A stretch of 62,817 nt of DNA, filler included, from Collodictyon triciliatum (taxonomy: Eukaryota), in NCBI GenBank assembly GCA_043381765.1. It is 9 parts of 9 records of this genome, joined end to end, with 100 filler letters (N's around TTAATTAATTAA, not from the genome) between each part and the next. Parts side by side here need not be neighbours in the genome. Positions count along the whole stretch, not along the records: positions 38,495 to 46,083 come from JBHJMP010003829.1; positions 46,184 to 53,783 come from JBHJMP010003830.1; positions 53,884 to 61,461 come from JBHJMP010003831.1; 6 more parts are not named here. The stretch is one strand, 5' to 3'. The notes below the pieces were generated by a model that did not search any database, was not told the DNA's origin, and worked only from the letters and a program-made list of their open reading frames with translations. This document shows, piece after piece, positions 44,401 to 57,691 of the stretch. Made by a program: the position numbers and the translations under genes. The first letter of the stretch is position 1. Every line of letters starts with the position of its first letter.

Positions 44401-45666
44401 GTTTCTATTGTTGCTGGATGCTATGAGAATGGGTGGGGTGTTGAGAAGGACACCGAGAAAGCAGCTGAATGGTTCGGAAAAGTTGAAAACTTTGAGAAAC
44501 TGAAGCAACTTGCGCAACAAGGCTCAAAGGGTGCATTCAGTATTTTGAAGGAAATGGGTGAAATGAAGAAAGATATCAAAAATGATCGGGGAAGAAAAAT
44601 TGGTGAAAAACACAAATATCCACAAGCTGTTTCTATTGTTGCTGAATGCTATGAGAATGGGTGGGGTGTTGAGAAGGACATCGAGAAAGCAGCCGAGTGG
44701 AATCTATTGGCTCTAAAAGCAGATGAAAACTTTGATAAACTGAAGCAACTTGCCCAACAAGGCTCAAAAGGTGCATTCTATGTTTTGAAAGAAATGGCTG
44801 AAATGAAGGAAGACATTTCGAACCGATGGGGAGACAAAATTGGTGAAAAACACATATATTCACATGCTGTTTCTATCGTTGCCGAATGCTATGAGAATGG
44901 GTGGGGTGTTGAGAAGGACTCTTCGTTGTCTCTTAAATGGGAAATATTCAATGAAAAGGCTGAAAACTTTGACAAGCTGAAGCAACTCGCACAACAAGGC
45001 TCAAAGGATGCATTCTATGTTTTGAAAGAATTTGCTGAAATCAAGGAAGATATCCTGGACCCGATGGGAGTCAAAAGTGGTAAAAAACACAAATATCCAC
45101 AAGCTGTTTATATTGTTGCTGAGTGCTATGAGAATGGGTGGGGTGTTGAGAAGGACATCGAGAAATCAGCTGAGTGGCTCGGAAAAGCTGAAAACTTCGA
45201 TAAACTGAAGCAATTTGCGCAACAAGGCTCAAAAGAAGCATTTAATGTTTTGAAAGAAATGGCCGAAATGAAACAATATGAGAGATACAAATATCCACAA
45301 GCTTTTTCTATTGTTGCTGAGTGCTATGAGAATGGGTGGGGTGTTGAGAAGGACATCGAGAAAGCTTATTATTGGTTCGGAAAAGCTGAAAGCTTTGACA
45401 AATTGAAGCAACTCGCACAGCAAGGCTCAAAAGAAGCATTCAATGTTTTGGAAGAATTTGCTGAAAACAAGGATGAATTTAGAAGATACAAATATCCACA
45501 AGCTTTTTCTATTGTGGCTGAGTGCTATGAGAATGAGTGGGGTGTTGAGAAGGGCACCAAGAAAGCAGCTGAGTGGTTCGGAAAAGCTGAAAACTTTGTG
45601 ATAGGAGATGATGAAGATGATGAAGATGATGAAGATGATGAAAGGAGACAGAAAGCCGCAGCTTAA
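38495..45666 (+). CDS. NLR-like multidomain protein, 5' truncated: NPHP3/TEP1-type STAND-associated helical region, TPR array, pentapeptide repeats, about 7 WD40 repeats, 7 Sel1-like repeats
   Basis: First exons give FLIRYDKTLNEKQ..GHPLYLRIILDEVRVFGVYEKLDE..LYTLIIKRW..VSRIGLSE. TPR exons span 40201-41433. Last exon 42084-45666 has AASDAITLLN..FGGMDLS..ANL pentapeptides, 45-aa WD40 units and AECYENGWGVEKD units. Confidence 0.85.
42847..43845 (+). repeat. Near-identical 135-bp WD40 coding tandem repeats (6 full + 1 with an internal partial duplication)
   Basis: GGATGTAGCCACAGGAAACCAAATC recurs every 135 nt (e.g. 42951, 43086). Confidence 0.92.
44160..45600 (+). repeat. Seven Sel1-like coding repeats of roughly 200-240 bp
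   Basis: TGCTATGAGAA(T/C)G..TGGGGTGT(T/G)GAGAAGG occurs seven times. Confidence 0.9.
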
Positions 45667-45840
45667 CAAGGTAAGTAGTATAATAAATGCATATTAATAC
45701 ATGTTCATTAACTATAATCATTTTAGATGGAGAGATTCTCTGGGTTTTTTTCAAGCAGACCTCCGCTTTTTTTCCAAAAGGACGCTCCATGAAAGCAGAA
45801 TAAAACCATAAAAATGAAAGCAAAGCTGATCAATCTCTCG

Positions 45841-45927
45841 TTTCCTATTGGTTTTGCACAAAAACCACGTTTCCCTTTGGTTTTGCACAAAAACCACGTT
45901 TCCCTTTGGTTTTGCACAAAAACCACG
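45841..45927. repeat. 3 x 29-bp tandem repeat with an internal imperfect palindrome
   Basis: TTTCC(C/T)(T/A)TTGGTTTTGCACAAAAACCACG at 45841, 45870 and 45899. Confidence 0.9.
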
Positions 45928-46083
45928 CGGATGGCAACCAAGCCGAGCTCAGGTGCGGTGAGCGCGAGCGAAACGCACAAGAGCGAGGTGCCTCAACTTG
46001 ACGACGAGAATGTGGTCTACGAGCACTACCGGACGCGACCGGTGGAGCGAGCAGCGGGGCTGCAGGAGAAGGGACTCTACCCG

Positions 46084-46183
46084 NNNNNNNNNNNNNNNNN
46101 NNNNNNNNNNNNNNNNNNNNNNNNNNNTTAATTAATTAANNNNNNNNNNNNNNNNNNNNNNNNNNNNNNNNNNNNNNNNNNNN
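46084..46183. other. Artificial contig linker
   Basis: 44N-TTAATTAATTAA-44N. Confidence 0.97.
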
Positions 46184-46299
<116 letters not shown>

Positions 46300-46348
46300 T
46301 AGATGTGCTGCTTCATTTAGTCTAGTCTAAGCTGTTTTGAAGCTTTAC

Positions 46349-49300
46349 CAATTCGCTCTCAAGTCCCATAGCTTCACATAATTATCTATGGCCGTAGTTA
46401 AAAAGAGTTCATAAGATTCCGGTGGATGTGATGCATATTAAGAGTTTTCACACATTATAATACTGAATATTAAAGGAATAATCAACGCTACAATTAATTA
46501 CTTTTTTTTTTTTTTACATAAATGATGATAGGTAAGAAGAGCAGAAAAGAAACAAGGAACCCGTGATGGCCGAATATTAGAAATCATGCGTATTATAAGA
46601 TTGTCGAGACATAGGACGTTCTACGAGTATGTAAAGATATAATGACATGAAAACCTATGTATGGGGCGAGCGTGTTGTATCAGGTATTTTCCGTGCTATC
46701 GATTTTATGACCATTTCGAATACGGTAAGACTCTTATCTGATGATGAACAAATAACAATATCTTGACGTAGAAAAAAACAATCGATCAGTTAAAAAAATA
46801 TGAATGTATAAATAATATGATTAATCATGTCATACAATGCCATACAGGTACAGGGAATAGTAAATAAGTTTTTTTTTTTCCAGCGAAAGTGACCTAAATG
46901 GAAATTTCCTTACGTGATAAAAATGAATTTATGCATGCAAAGTCTGTGATACTTTGGGCCTTTGATGATAATTTCACAGCTGATATATACTTATTGTTAT
47001 TCCGGAACCTGTTTTTACATTTTTATTACATTTATTTCATCGATTTGAGAAGGTGTTATACATACAAGGATATTAGAGCAAAAAAATCCTTTGAAAGGTG
47101 CCATTTAAGATTGCAAGGCTTTCTTTCGCCATTACCGAAGGAGGATGTCCTTAGGGATTTCCTCAATCACGTCTTTGTACCCAATCAACTGATTGCCTCA
47201 ACTAAGAAGAATACATTTATCCATATAATAGAACTTTGATTGCCGAATTGGGCCTGAAAACTCTGGATTCTCCTTCATTTAATTTTTAAAAAAGGGTGTA
47301 AAAAAATATTGATAATTAAAAAAAATATAAATAACTATATTTATGGCCGTACTTAGAGAGTCCGTTTATGTACATGTACATGAGCATTATGTTTTTAAAA
47401 TAAAAGACGAATTATTCCAATACCCTTGCATCATCCTCTGTGTTGTTGACAACGTTCCGAAAAATGACAAATGTGTTAGGATTTCCACTGCCACAGAGCC
47501 GAACCGTTCTATCAGCAGAAAAAGTCAACAAATCATTCTTGAGACTATACGCAACTGAAAGAACCGGGGCGCTGTGTCCTATCCATCAAGTTAACAGGTA
47601 GATTATGGACAAGTGGTATAATGAAGAACTTCGTCCGCAATCCAGTGCCACTATATAGTGTTGGATACACAAGCAAAACCTGATGAGGTGAATGCCATTT
47701 TATAAAATACCTCAATAATCTGTTTCTTCTCTTTTAAACTTTGCGAAAGGGAGCTTTATTTCACGAGTGACTTTATCAGACCTGCAGCTGGTTATTCTCT
47801 CTCAATTGCCTTGATTGATACAAATCGACAGTATTAAGATTCGCTTTCTCTTCCTTTTCTTTTAAAAACCATCATCACACAGAAACACCCAAGTGAAAGG
47901 GAAATAGACAAGAAGGCAGTGATATTGGAAAAATATTCACTTGAATGAATCAGGCGTAGAATGGCGCCGGATTGTGGCAGAATAGCAGATGCCCCAAGGT
48001 TGAAGGACATGTAGAGACCCACGATTTATGAGGTACATTTTTTTCCAGTAAGTTCCTATAATTTCAGATGAAAGAATGCAATATCAAAACATATCTCAAA
48101 AATGTCATCTTTCCCCAATACATACGCATTTTTTTCAATTTGAAAATCAGCTATTATTCATTCAGTAGTTTGCTTTCCCTTTTAAAATAATTTAAAGAAA
48201 AAAAAGGAAAAGATGATTATTGTGTATATAAGCAAGGTGTGTGTATGTGTGATTAACTCTTTTTAAAATTTTTTTTATGTACTTTACTATATATGATTAA
48301 GTGCTGGTTTAAATGCAAAACCCTGATAAGTCTAATCTCTTTTTAAAGTTGTCTCTGGTTTCGTTGAGTTGACTGAAGCAGCTCCGTATCCTGACGACTT
48401 TGCCCTTGAGTGAAGTGTGACTGGTTTGTCAACAACCTTTGGGACTTTTTACTTCAAAGTTAAGGAGGCTGAAGCCATACATGCAAAAAGGAGGGAAAAC
48501 AGGTTGTGACTGGGTTATAACACATGTGACTTCTTTGTGTCAATCAGTCCAATATGTAAAGAAATATTGCACAATACCCTTATGAATTTACCTACATTAT
48601 AATTGTCTTGTAAACGAAATAGGTAATGGGAAATAAGGCGATGAAGAAAAATATAATAATAAGGTGACATTGAATAATACACGAGCTCCTCTCAATGTTA
48701 CGAAGGGGACTATCTTCCGCCTTGGGCCCTGGTTTGACAACAAAATCCGTCATAAGGCAGTAATTGGCCTGCAGTGGCTTTGAAGGAAACACTGAAATGA
48801 CTTCGTCACTTTGCTAGGTATTACAAAGAGTGTTGAAGTTTTTGTTTAAATTATATATAACTAATTTTTTTTATTCCCACAGATGCGTTTTTAATAGATT
48901 ATTTATGATAATATGTTTGTTTAATCGTAAGAAAGGGTAAATATATGAATATACAATTTGAATAGGATTTGTAGTCACGACGAAGCTAAATTATCTTGGA
49001 AGAAATTAGTAGGCCACGCAGCAAACGCACTTTATTTTAAAAAGAAAAAAAGGGTTAATTTTCTTACCACTTTCGAATACCTGTCATTAATTTTAGTAAA
49101 CGAGAAAAATGATATCCGATCAATATTATCACAACAAACTGGCGTGTCAGTGAAGGGACAAACGACATAATTCGATGCAGTAAACCCGACACTGGGAGAT
49201 GCTAAAGATGCCGATGATGGTGCTACTGGTGATTAAGTAAACGCTTCAAGAAAGGCAAAAACAACAAAACAACAAAACAACAAAACAACAAAACAACAAA

Positions 49301-50332
49301 ACAACAAAACAAAACAAAACAAAACAAAACAAAACAAAACAAAACAAAACAAAACAAAACAAAACAAAACAAAAAATAAAAAAAACAAAAAAAAACAAAA
49401 AAAACATAAAACAAAACAAAACAAAACAAAAAACAAAAAAAGAAAAGGAGAATTAGAAGCTTCATGGTCACCTTGTAAACAACCAATAAAATTCGAGGAG
49501 GTCCGTCCTTCCTTCCTTTCCTTTAATTTAAAGAAAAGTAAAAATATAGTATGGAGATTAAGCATATGTTCCCAAAGAAACGAAAAAATTTAGTACACAT
49601 ACCGGCTCTTGTGTTTGGGATTCTACTTGAACAAGACCAACGGTTGTTCCAACCAGTTTTTTTGTTTCTAAGTTTGGTTAAGTCTCGTCTGAAAATAAAA
49701 GATAAATACATTAGAGCGGAAATTGAAGTAAACCTCATAAAAAAAAAAGAGAAGAAAGTGGCATGTTGATGGAATAATGAACACAACATTTATGTAAAGT
49801 GAATTTGTGACCAGTTCGAATATGAACACAAATATATATGCATATATGAACATTTCAAAGTCTGGTCAATAGCGAATATAATTTCGTCTTCGCCGTTATG
49901 ATGTGGTGTTTGGTCTGTAGCGAAAGGAAGATAATGAAGGAAAAGAATGGGACAGTCCACCTCGGGGTTTGGGGGGAATATTCCTCTGCAGGAATTGATT
50001 ATGCCATTTGTTTCCAGGGAGGGACGCTCGATATCACGACAGGCCCGGAGTCCACTTGGCCATACATTTATTTGGAAGGCCTGGCTGAAAACCATGCATG
50101 TAAGTTCAATTCACAGAGGCAGCGACCTTCATGACCATTGCTGGGTCTAGCTTGTAGAATCTGAGCTAGATGCACAAAATAAAAGTCCTTCATTATGAAT
50201 TCTCCATACCAACTACTTGAATATTGACAAAATTGTATTCTATAGCATGATTCTGGTTGAGTTGATTGGCATTTCATCCAAAGAGAGCGAAGTATGAAAC
50301 ATATAAGAGTTATGAATGGAGATTGAAAGTGG

Positions 50333-50419
<87 letters not shown>

Positions 50420-51910
50420 CAAGTCTAAAATAAGCATAACAGAACAAACAGAAAAACTCAGTGTATATATGAAACATTTCCGTCTGCTGAACTCACCACA
50501 GATCGCTCATTGTCTGGGTCAATATCCAAGGACAACAACGGCGATGTGGACAGAATACCACTTTGGTAAACAAATTGTTTCTGAAGGAGATTCCATACTT
50601 TGAAGCTTCTATCTTCGCTGCAGGTCACTGGAAACTCGTCCTTTTTAGCGCCAAACACAACACATGTGATTATTCGTTCATGACCCTTCGAGAGGGATAT
50701 TATCCTTGATTTGTCTAAAAATATGATTCAGATTTATTTGTAGCAAGATATAGACAGATAAAGACCTTTCACACCCTGAATTTTGAATTGAGAAACATAG
50801 AACAAGGAATTCAATACCAATAAAAATAAAAAGAACATTCTGACGTATAAATAAATCAATTTTTTTTTTAAAAAAAATTATAAGGTCTACCGAAACTTGA
50901 AAGATGTCAAACGTATTATCAGCGGCCAGACCGACCAAGGTTCCGGTTGGGTCGCATGTTATGAAGGATGCATCACCACAATCCCGTGAAATGGGATGCG
51001 ATTGTGTATCAACTTTGTAAACAATAAAAACAAAAACAATGATAATGATAGAAGAGACATCAAAATTTTGGATGATACTGTATTTTCTATAAAAAAACTC
51101 TAAATGAAAATAAGAAAATAGGAAAATGCTCATAAGATAACATAAAATAATTAAGCATAACAAACGTGTATCTGGGGTTCGGAGTATATCCCAAAGTAGG
51201 ATTACGTCCTTTGAAATGGTACACATTTGAAGCAACTAATCATAATCCAAAAAAAAAAGAAGAAAACTTCTATGAATAAACGATTGAATTACAGATACTT
51301 AATCATAAATTGTAGATAATTGATCATATTTATTGGTTTATGCGTTTTTTGATAGTGTTTAACAGGATTATCGATTACCGAATCCAAACAATGTGGGGCT
51401 AAATTGAAGCATAAAGCGTCGGCTGAGCGTTGATGCGCACTTAGTAAAGTGACCGGCTAAGATTGCATATGTATGAGCGATTCGGTGTTAATCACAACAA
51501 CAGTATGAAACTTCTAAAAATTATATTTTATTGACGCGATTGATCGACATGCAGAAAGGAAAGCATAAATATGAATAATTTTATGGAATTCAGATATCAA
51601 TGCAGAAGCGTGATTAAACTGATTAGAAGGACAACGGACTACAAAAAAAATAAAATAGTTATGAGATGATGACGAACAAATAATGAAAGGAAAATTGAAT
51701 AAAAAAGAAAAAGGAAAATGGAAAAAGAAACGAGAAGGGAAAAGGAAAAGGAAAAAGGAAAAAGGAAAAGGTCACTGCACCTACCGATTAGAAAGGACGT
51801 GTTTAAGTCGCGCAATAGCAGCGCATTCTGAGGCGGGACAGACGAGCGAAGCAGAAGCAGAGGATAGCACCGAGCCGTCGGACCGGAGGGTGGGCGTGGC
51901 TGCAGATTCT
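46349..51910 (-). CDS. WDR27: WD repeat-containing protein 27 homolog, multi-exon; both ends uncertain, 3' end cut by the contig edge
   Basis: GHERITCVVFG..VTCSEDRSFKVWNL..VYQSGILSTSPLLSLDID..VVSSADG, DKPVTLHSRAKSSGYG and SYELFLTTAIDNYVKLWDLR match WDR27 blocks (SEDRGFKVWD..SSVLSAYPLLSL; LVFHSKVRSSGY; YNLFLTTA..LWDLR). Confidence 0.82.
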
Positions 51911-53717
51911 GTGTGCGTGGGTGGGTTTTAACGTTTGTTTATTGGGGTTTTTGCTATGTGTGCGTGACAGTGTTGGAGGCCTTTCAGTATATTATCTGCT
52001 TTAGGGTTTGCAGAGCAGAATAACAAAGAAACGAATTACCGAAAAAGGAAAGGTCGACGCAGGCAAAATAATTCTTCTGCCACATACCCACCAAAACGCT
52101 TAAGTTTAGTCTGTTTAGACTGAGAATTATTGAATCGGTGTAAATTGTGTAAGTACATTTATTGCATCATATCTATGAAATTCATACCATATTCAAGTGG
52201 TTAGAAAGTTAGTATCATATATCCCACATTTGTCTAATTCTTTGAATTTATTTTCCATTTTTGTATAATTTTTCATATAAAATCCTTTATGCAAATGTGG
52301 ATAGAATCTGTTATTTGGTTTTTTCCAATCTGGTTTTTTTGGCAAAGACTTTATCCATTCTCTGATTTCCGTTGGGTTCGCAATCCTCCGAAGCCGAAGA
52401 ACAACAATCTTGACAGCGAAGATCTCTTCCGTGGTTCGGGCGTCCTATCACACGAGAAATACCTGCAGCACTTTCTGTGCCTGTGCTGGTTCTCGAAAGT
52501 GCTCTATTACGATCGAGAGGGTTGAAAAATAACCAAGAAGAAAAAGCTTTCGCTGTCAACTAATCATGTTTGTATCAAGCAAGCAGCGCTAAGGATGGGT
52601 GACGCTTCTCCGCCAACAAATGTCAGGTCGTTTTCGATGTTTGGTATGTTTTTTTACTTATTTCAAGAACACTTGGACAAATATTTTCGTGACAACATAC
52701 ATACATACATACATACATACATACATACATACATACATACATACATACATACATACATACATACATACATACATACATACATACATACATAGATACATAC
52801 ATACATAATTCATTTATTATCACTATTTAGATCATAGTGTTGTTTATTTTATGCCTTTCCTCAGCAGCTTGTCTAGTCTCTTGGCATTATTCATTACTCA
52901 GACCCTGTGAGAAGAGACATGTGGAAAGAGGCTGAGAAAGAAATAAAACCTTGCTTTACCTCTCATGCAGGCACAAGGCACAGCCCACTGACCAAACCGT
53001 GAGATGCAATTCATGATTACCAACCACTTCTCCACCAATCGGGCGTGAATGAGCGTCTTTATGAACGAAGGTTAGAAAATCAAAGCTAAAAACTCCACCG
53101 CCTTGCAGAAATAGAAGATAAAATAAGTTAAGATGATGGCAAACAGATAACCTTGCGTGCAGGCACATCGCTAAGCGTTTCATCTCGTAGTCAAGAGGCC
53201 AGCTGATGTATGAATCATTACAAACGAGCAGCGCTACCATCACATGGAAACTTTGCGAGTTCAAATAATGTTTTTTTTTTCATTTCGCATGTTTTTTTAT
53301 TTTCATTTCTCATATGGAGTTACACAATTAGCAACCGCACACACAGTTTACCCAGTCCTAGTTCAATCTTCTTGCGATAAGGCATCCTTATGGTGATAGG
53401 AATGTTTGAGTGAGGATATATTTTCGCCTCGGTTGTCATTCATTTGCCGTGAATATTGCAATAAATGAGCTTCAGGAGTCATGGACATTCCTTTATTTGC
53501 TGCTTCTTTTTTGTTGCAATTTTTTTCAGATTTATATCATAACTGGGCTTTTGTATGCTTGTGTTTTGATAACATCTGCACGAGTCCATCACGAGTTTTG
53601 TATAATTCATATGTAAACTGCATCAAACATGATGTTTTAGTGGCAGCAAAGAATAAAGATTCATTTGCAAGCTGATAAAATATGCGTGAAGCCCAACGCG
53701 ATCACCCAAGTACAGCT

Positions 53718-53783
<66 letters not shown>

Positions 53784-53883
53784 NNNNNNNNNNNNNNNNN
53801 NNNNNNNNNNNNNNNNNNNNNNNNNNNTTAATTAATTAANNNNNNNNNNNNNNNNNNNNNNNNNNNNNNNNNNNNNNNNNNNN
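53784..53883. other. Artificial contig linker
   Basis: 44N-TTAATTAATTAA-44N. Confidence 0.97.
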
Positions 53884-53982
<99 letters not shown>

Positions 53983-54041
53983 GTAACGAAAATTAGTTCA
54001 CTATGACTTATAATTATGCAAACATATTAATGCAAATTCAG

Positions 54042-57000
54042 CCCAAATCGGCATCCTCGATACCAAAGACGCACATCCGCCTTTTACAATGCCGTGCTTG
54101 TCGTGTTCGATATCCAGACAGGGAATTACAAATTATGTTAAGCCCCAAAATACTTTTGGACGTTGTTGACCATCTCAAGGTTACAACTAATTTTTCTCGC
54201 GACAATTCATACAAAGGGTTGATCCACTGAAAAATATGATTTATTAATAATACTATTATTCGTATTCGTATTCGTATCCGTATCCGTATCCATATTGCTA
54301 CTGCTATTGCTACTGCTATTAATATCAATATTATTACTGCATGTACTTCATAAGAAACGAGGCAAACAATTATCCTGGTTTGAGCTCCTCGAAAACGATT
54401 TCGTTCATGGAAATCCTATGGAAGCAACAGACGAGTTCAAGATATGTACTAGCTGGTAGTATCTAAATTGACAATTCTTAAATTCATTTATAATTTTTAT
54501 CTTGAAACCATTCTAAATTCTTTTCTAATTTTTTGTATACCCATTTTTACTTATCGATTTTCGTTTCACATTCACAATTTTCACGAAATTGTCTCTACAG
54601 TAACAATATTTGTGCTTTGGAAAAGAAATTGATGCAAATTGAAAAGCAATTTTCAAGCGTTGTCAACATACCACAATTATATGGTACTGAGGTAAGATGG
54701 CCACTTGTTTATTAAGCTGATGGTGTTTTCCCCTTGCATTTTAAAGTATTTAAAACCGATTAATACGACATTGTTAAACAATGTTTTTTTTTTTATTAAA
54801 AAAATACATGATGCATGTTAAATGAATTAAATATTTTAAACTACTTTTCGTCCGCCCGTTCGACCAAATTATCCCTCCTAGCTTCGAGGTAAAGCAAAAC
54901 GAAATAAGTCGATGGACATTAGTCCGAATTACTCTAGCTTAGCTTACCTATTTTTTTTCTCCCTTGTATAATGCTCTGGACTTTTTTAAATCCAAATCGG
55001 GACTGCACGACAAGAAAACTTAAAGAAGAAAAAAAATCAGTAGTCGACGAGATTTCCCATAGGTGAGTTTTTCTTAACTCACATATATTACACCTAGATG
55101 AATCAACGAGGATTTTTCAAGAATATGAAGTCCCCAGCGGTTTAAGTTCTTATCGCTTGATGGTCTTGATAAGATGTAAGTTATTGGGTCACCCTTTCAT
55201 AGTGCTTTACCGTATTTATTTTTTTTTTTATTTTTTTACCTTTTGCCTTCAATATTCGCTTGTTTTTATCATTAGCTCTTGAAGGAGTCCCCAACTTGGA
55301 AAAGTTATTTGGTTTTGGGAATTATTCGTTACAATATCGGGTTCTCGGGAAAATCATTCAAATTCCGCTCAACAGAGAGCATGATTCGCACCTTGATATC
55401 CTAAATCTTCGTCTATTTCACTTCTTTTTGCTTGAACATGGTGGTGGCATCAAAGAATTTTTCAGAAAAACCAAGGCATGTTCGCTATTTTATACATATG
55501 TCTATAATATACCTATCATTTGAGCATATATATCAACAATTAATTGGAGAGTGTGTAAAATCACAAATAAAAACTGAGATGTACATCCAGCCTATCGAGC
55601 TCCATATTCTTTCATCCGAATCCACCACACCCTGTCTGTCAGTCCCGATTCAATTGCAAACTTTTGCCTCATCATCATCAACGACCATGGAACTGACGCC
55701 AATACTAATGACACGGGACGAATCAGCATTTTTTTGCGCCCAGGTGAATAGCTTGAATTGTCCATATTTTTTGAGCATATTTATTACTATGGAATCATTA
55801 TTTGGTGTCAGTTGAAATACATGCTTCTCCCACCCAGTAACTTGATGCCCCATCTATAAATATTCACGACGGTTAAATCTGATTCTGGGGTATGTAGATA
55901 ACAATATCGTACGCCCCTTGTTCGTTTTACAACTCTCAAATGGCCGGTCCATTGAAACTTATTCATGGTGCATATGTCCCGATATCCTCCTTTTATACGT
56001 GTGATCCGCTACCCGATGATTGGATAAGCATGCTTTCCAAACTAAAACAAGGCGGGCGATGTATTGATAACATTTTAAAGGAAACATGTCTTCACTATAT
56101 CTGAAAATCAGCAATCGTTATTGTTTTTATTTAAGATGGTTTATGAATTGATACTATACTCATACACTAATGAAAATTAATTATTCAGCGGTTTCAATCA
56201 CACAAGACATGAACACAACCACAGATGCATGTCTCAAATATGATTTCGAAACTTAAGATTTTTTCTTTTACTACGAGCATGGTCTTTGGTGTTGTTTTCT
56301 TCTTTTGACATATTTACTCTTTGCAAGTAAAATCGTTTTTACATTTTTCTTCTGATAAATTTAGGATTTAAAGCCGGATGAAAATACACACACGGCAAAG
56401 TAAGATATTTTCCATGATGGATTAGTTCAATTGATGATCAGCACAAATTACCATTTGTGTTAATTTTCTGATTTTGTCGTGATCTATACAGATATAATTT
56501 GGACAATCTTTTGCAAGAAGTGAAACTATGGACATTAAAAATTCAGGTAACCATCCCCATTTCTTTATCTTTTTCTATTTAAGTATTATTATTACGATTT
56601 TTTTGAAATAAGCACATTCTTCTCACTACGTCTCACAGCGAAGAGAGAATTTTAAAAAAGAAATGAATATATTCACAAAACCAAATTTTTTCTGATTCAG
56701 TTTGTTCAAATTATTAACCATCTATATCAGTTCCACACAGTTCACAACATGCCATGTGACCAATCTGACCCGCATTGGTCTGTTCAGTTTTCCCTTTTCG
56801 ATCACACATTCTGTTCTCGGATGGTTGGTGATTATTTCGATACATCCTCAGTGTGAATTAACATATAAATAAATTATACGTCTGACTATGATGACTTGAC
56901 TTAGGATGTCGGTGGTTTTGGCTCGATCACATTTCCTGACACACCTCCTAGGCTCTTCTTCCGCAGCTCCAGTTATGCACTACGAAGGCTCATTATGGAA

Positions 57001-57691
57001 CAAGAGCCCTTGATTCTCTTGCTTGTTAAGGCACGTCACATATTGAGTGGAACCGCATATATTTGCTTGGTGGGATGAACCGTGACATGGCTCATTATAA
57101 TTCCATTCAGGGGAAAGCGCTGTCTTCGAAATGCTATGTTGCATACCAAGAGTTATTCGACGCGGGGTGTGTCACAGGAACATTCGCCTTGTTCGACTCG
57201 GATTTACCGCCCGAGGAGCACTGCCTTGGGAAGGGAGAGACTAAGGTAAGGTCGAGTGTTGAAGTGCTTTGCCGGCTTTACAAACCCCAAATCTTTATAT
57301 GTTGAAAATTTAATCATCGATTCTTTTGTTTAAAAAAAAATCACGAGAAAAAAAAAAGAGAGAAGGTAGATGGTGAAGCAAGATTGTGGATATTGGTATC
57401 GAATGAAATGGAAAAAAAAATGAAAGAGAAAGGGAAAAAAAAAAACATTTGTACCAGTCAAATGAAGGCTAACAAGACAGCTCTTTCCAGGGAAATGCGG
57501 CGCCGCGGGTGCACTTGACCATGACGCTAGCAGATTACCGTAGGAAGGAGGAGCCCAGCGACGAGCCGCGGAGCACAAGCGGGTCTCCTCGGCAGATGTA
57601 CGACCTCGAGTCCTGCATCCTCCCGCCGCACCTGGAAGTGGATGAAACGCTTGCGTTCAACGTCCAGCTCCTGCGTGTGAAGCCCCAGTGA
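54042..57691 (+). CDS. Unidentified multi-exon gene (5' part missing)
   Basis: Series of AG/GT-bounded exon-like ORFs (e.g. HIRLLQCRACRVRYPDREL, LEGVPNLEKLFGFG, DVGGFGSITFPDTPPRLFFRSS) ending at TGA 57691. Family not recognised. Confidence 0.45.

Noticed and set aside
31832-45666. Immune gene cluster of LRR-kinase plus NLR-like gene
   Set aside because: The two genes are separated by an artificial linker, so physical linkage is unsupported.
45841-45927. CRISPR-like palindromic 29-bp repeats
   Set aside because: Units are directly adjacent with no spacers, the context is eukaryotic, and there are no cas genes.
52290-53700. Possible additional minus-strand exons
   Set aside because: Could not assign them to WDR27 or any family with confidence.
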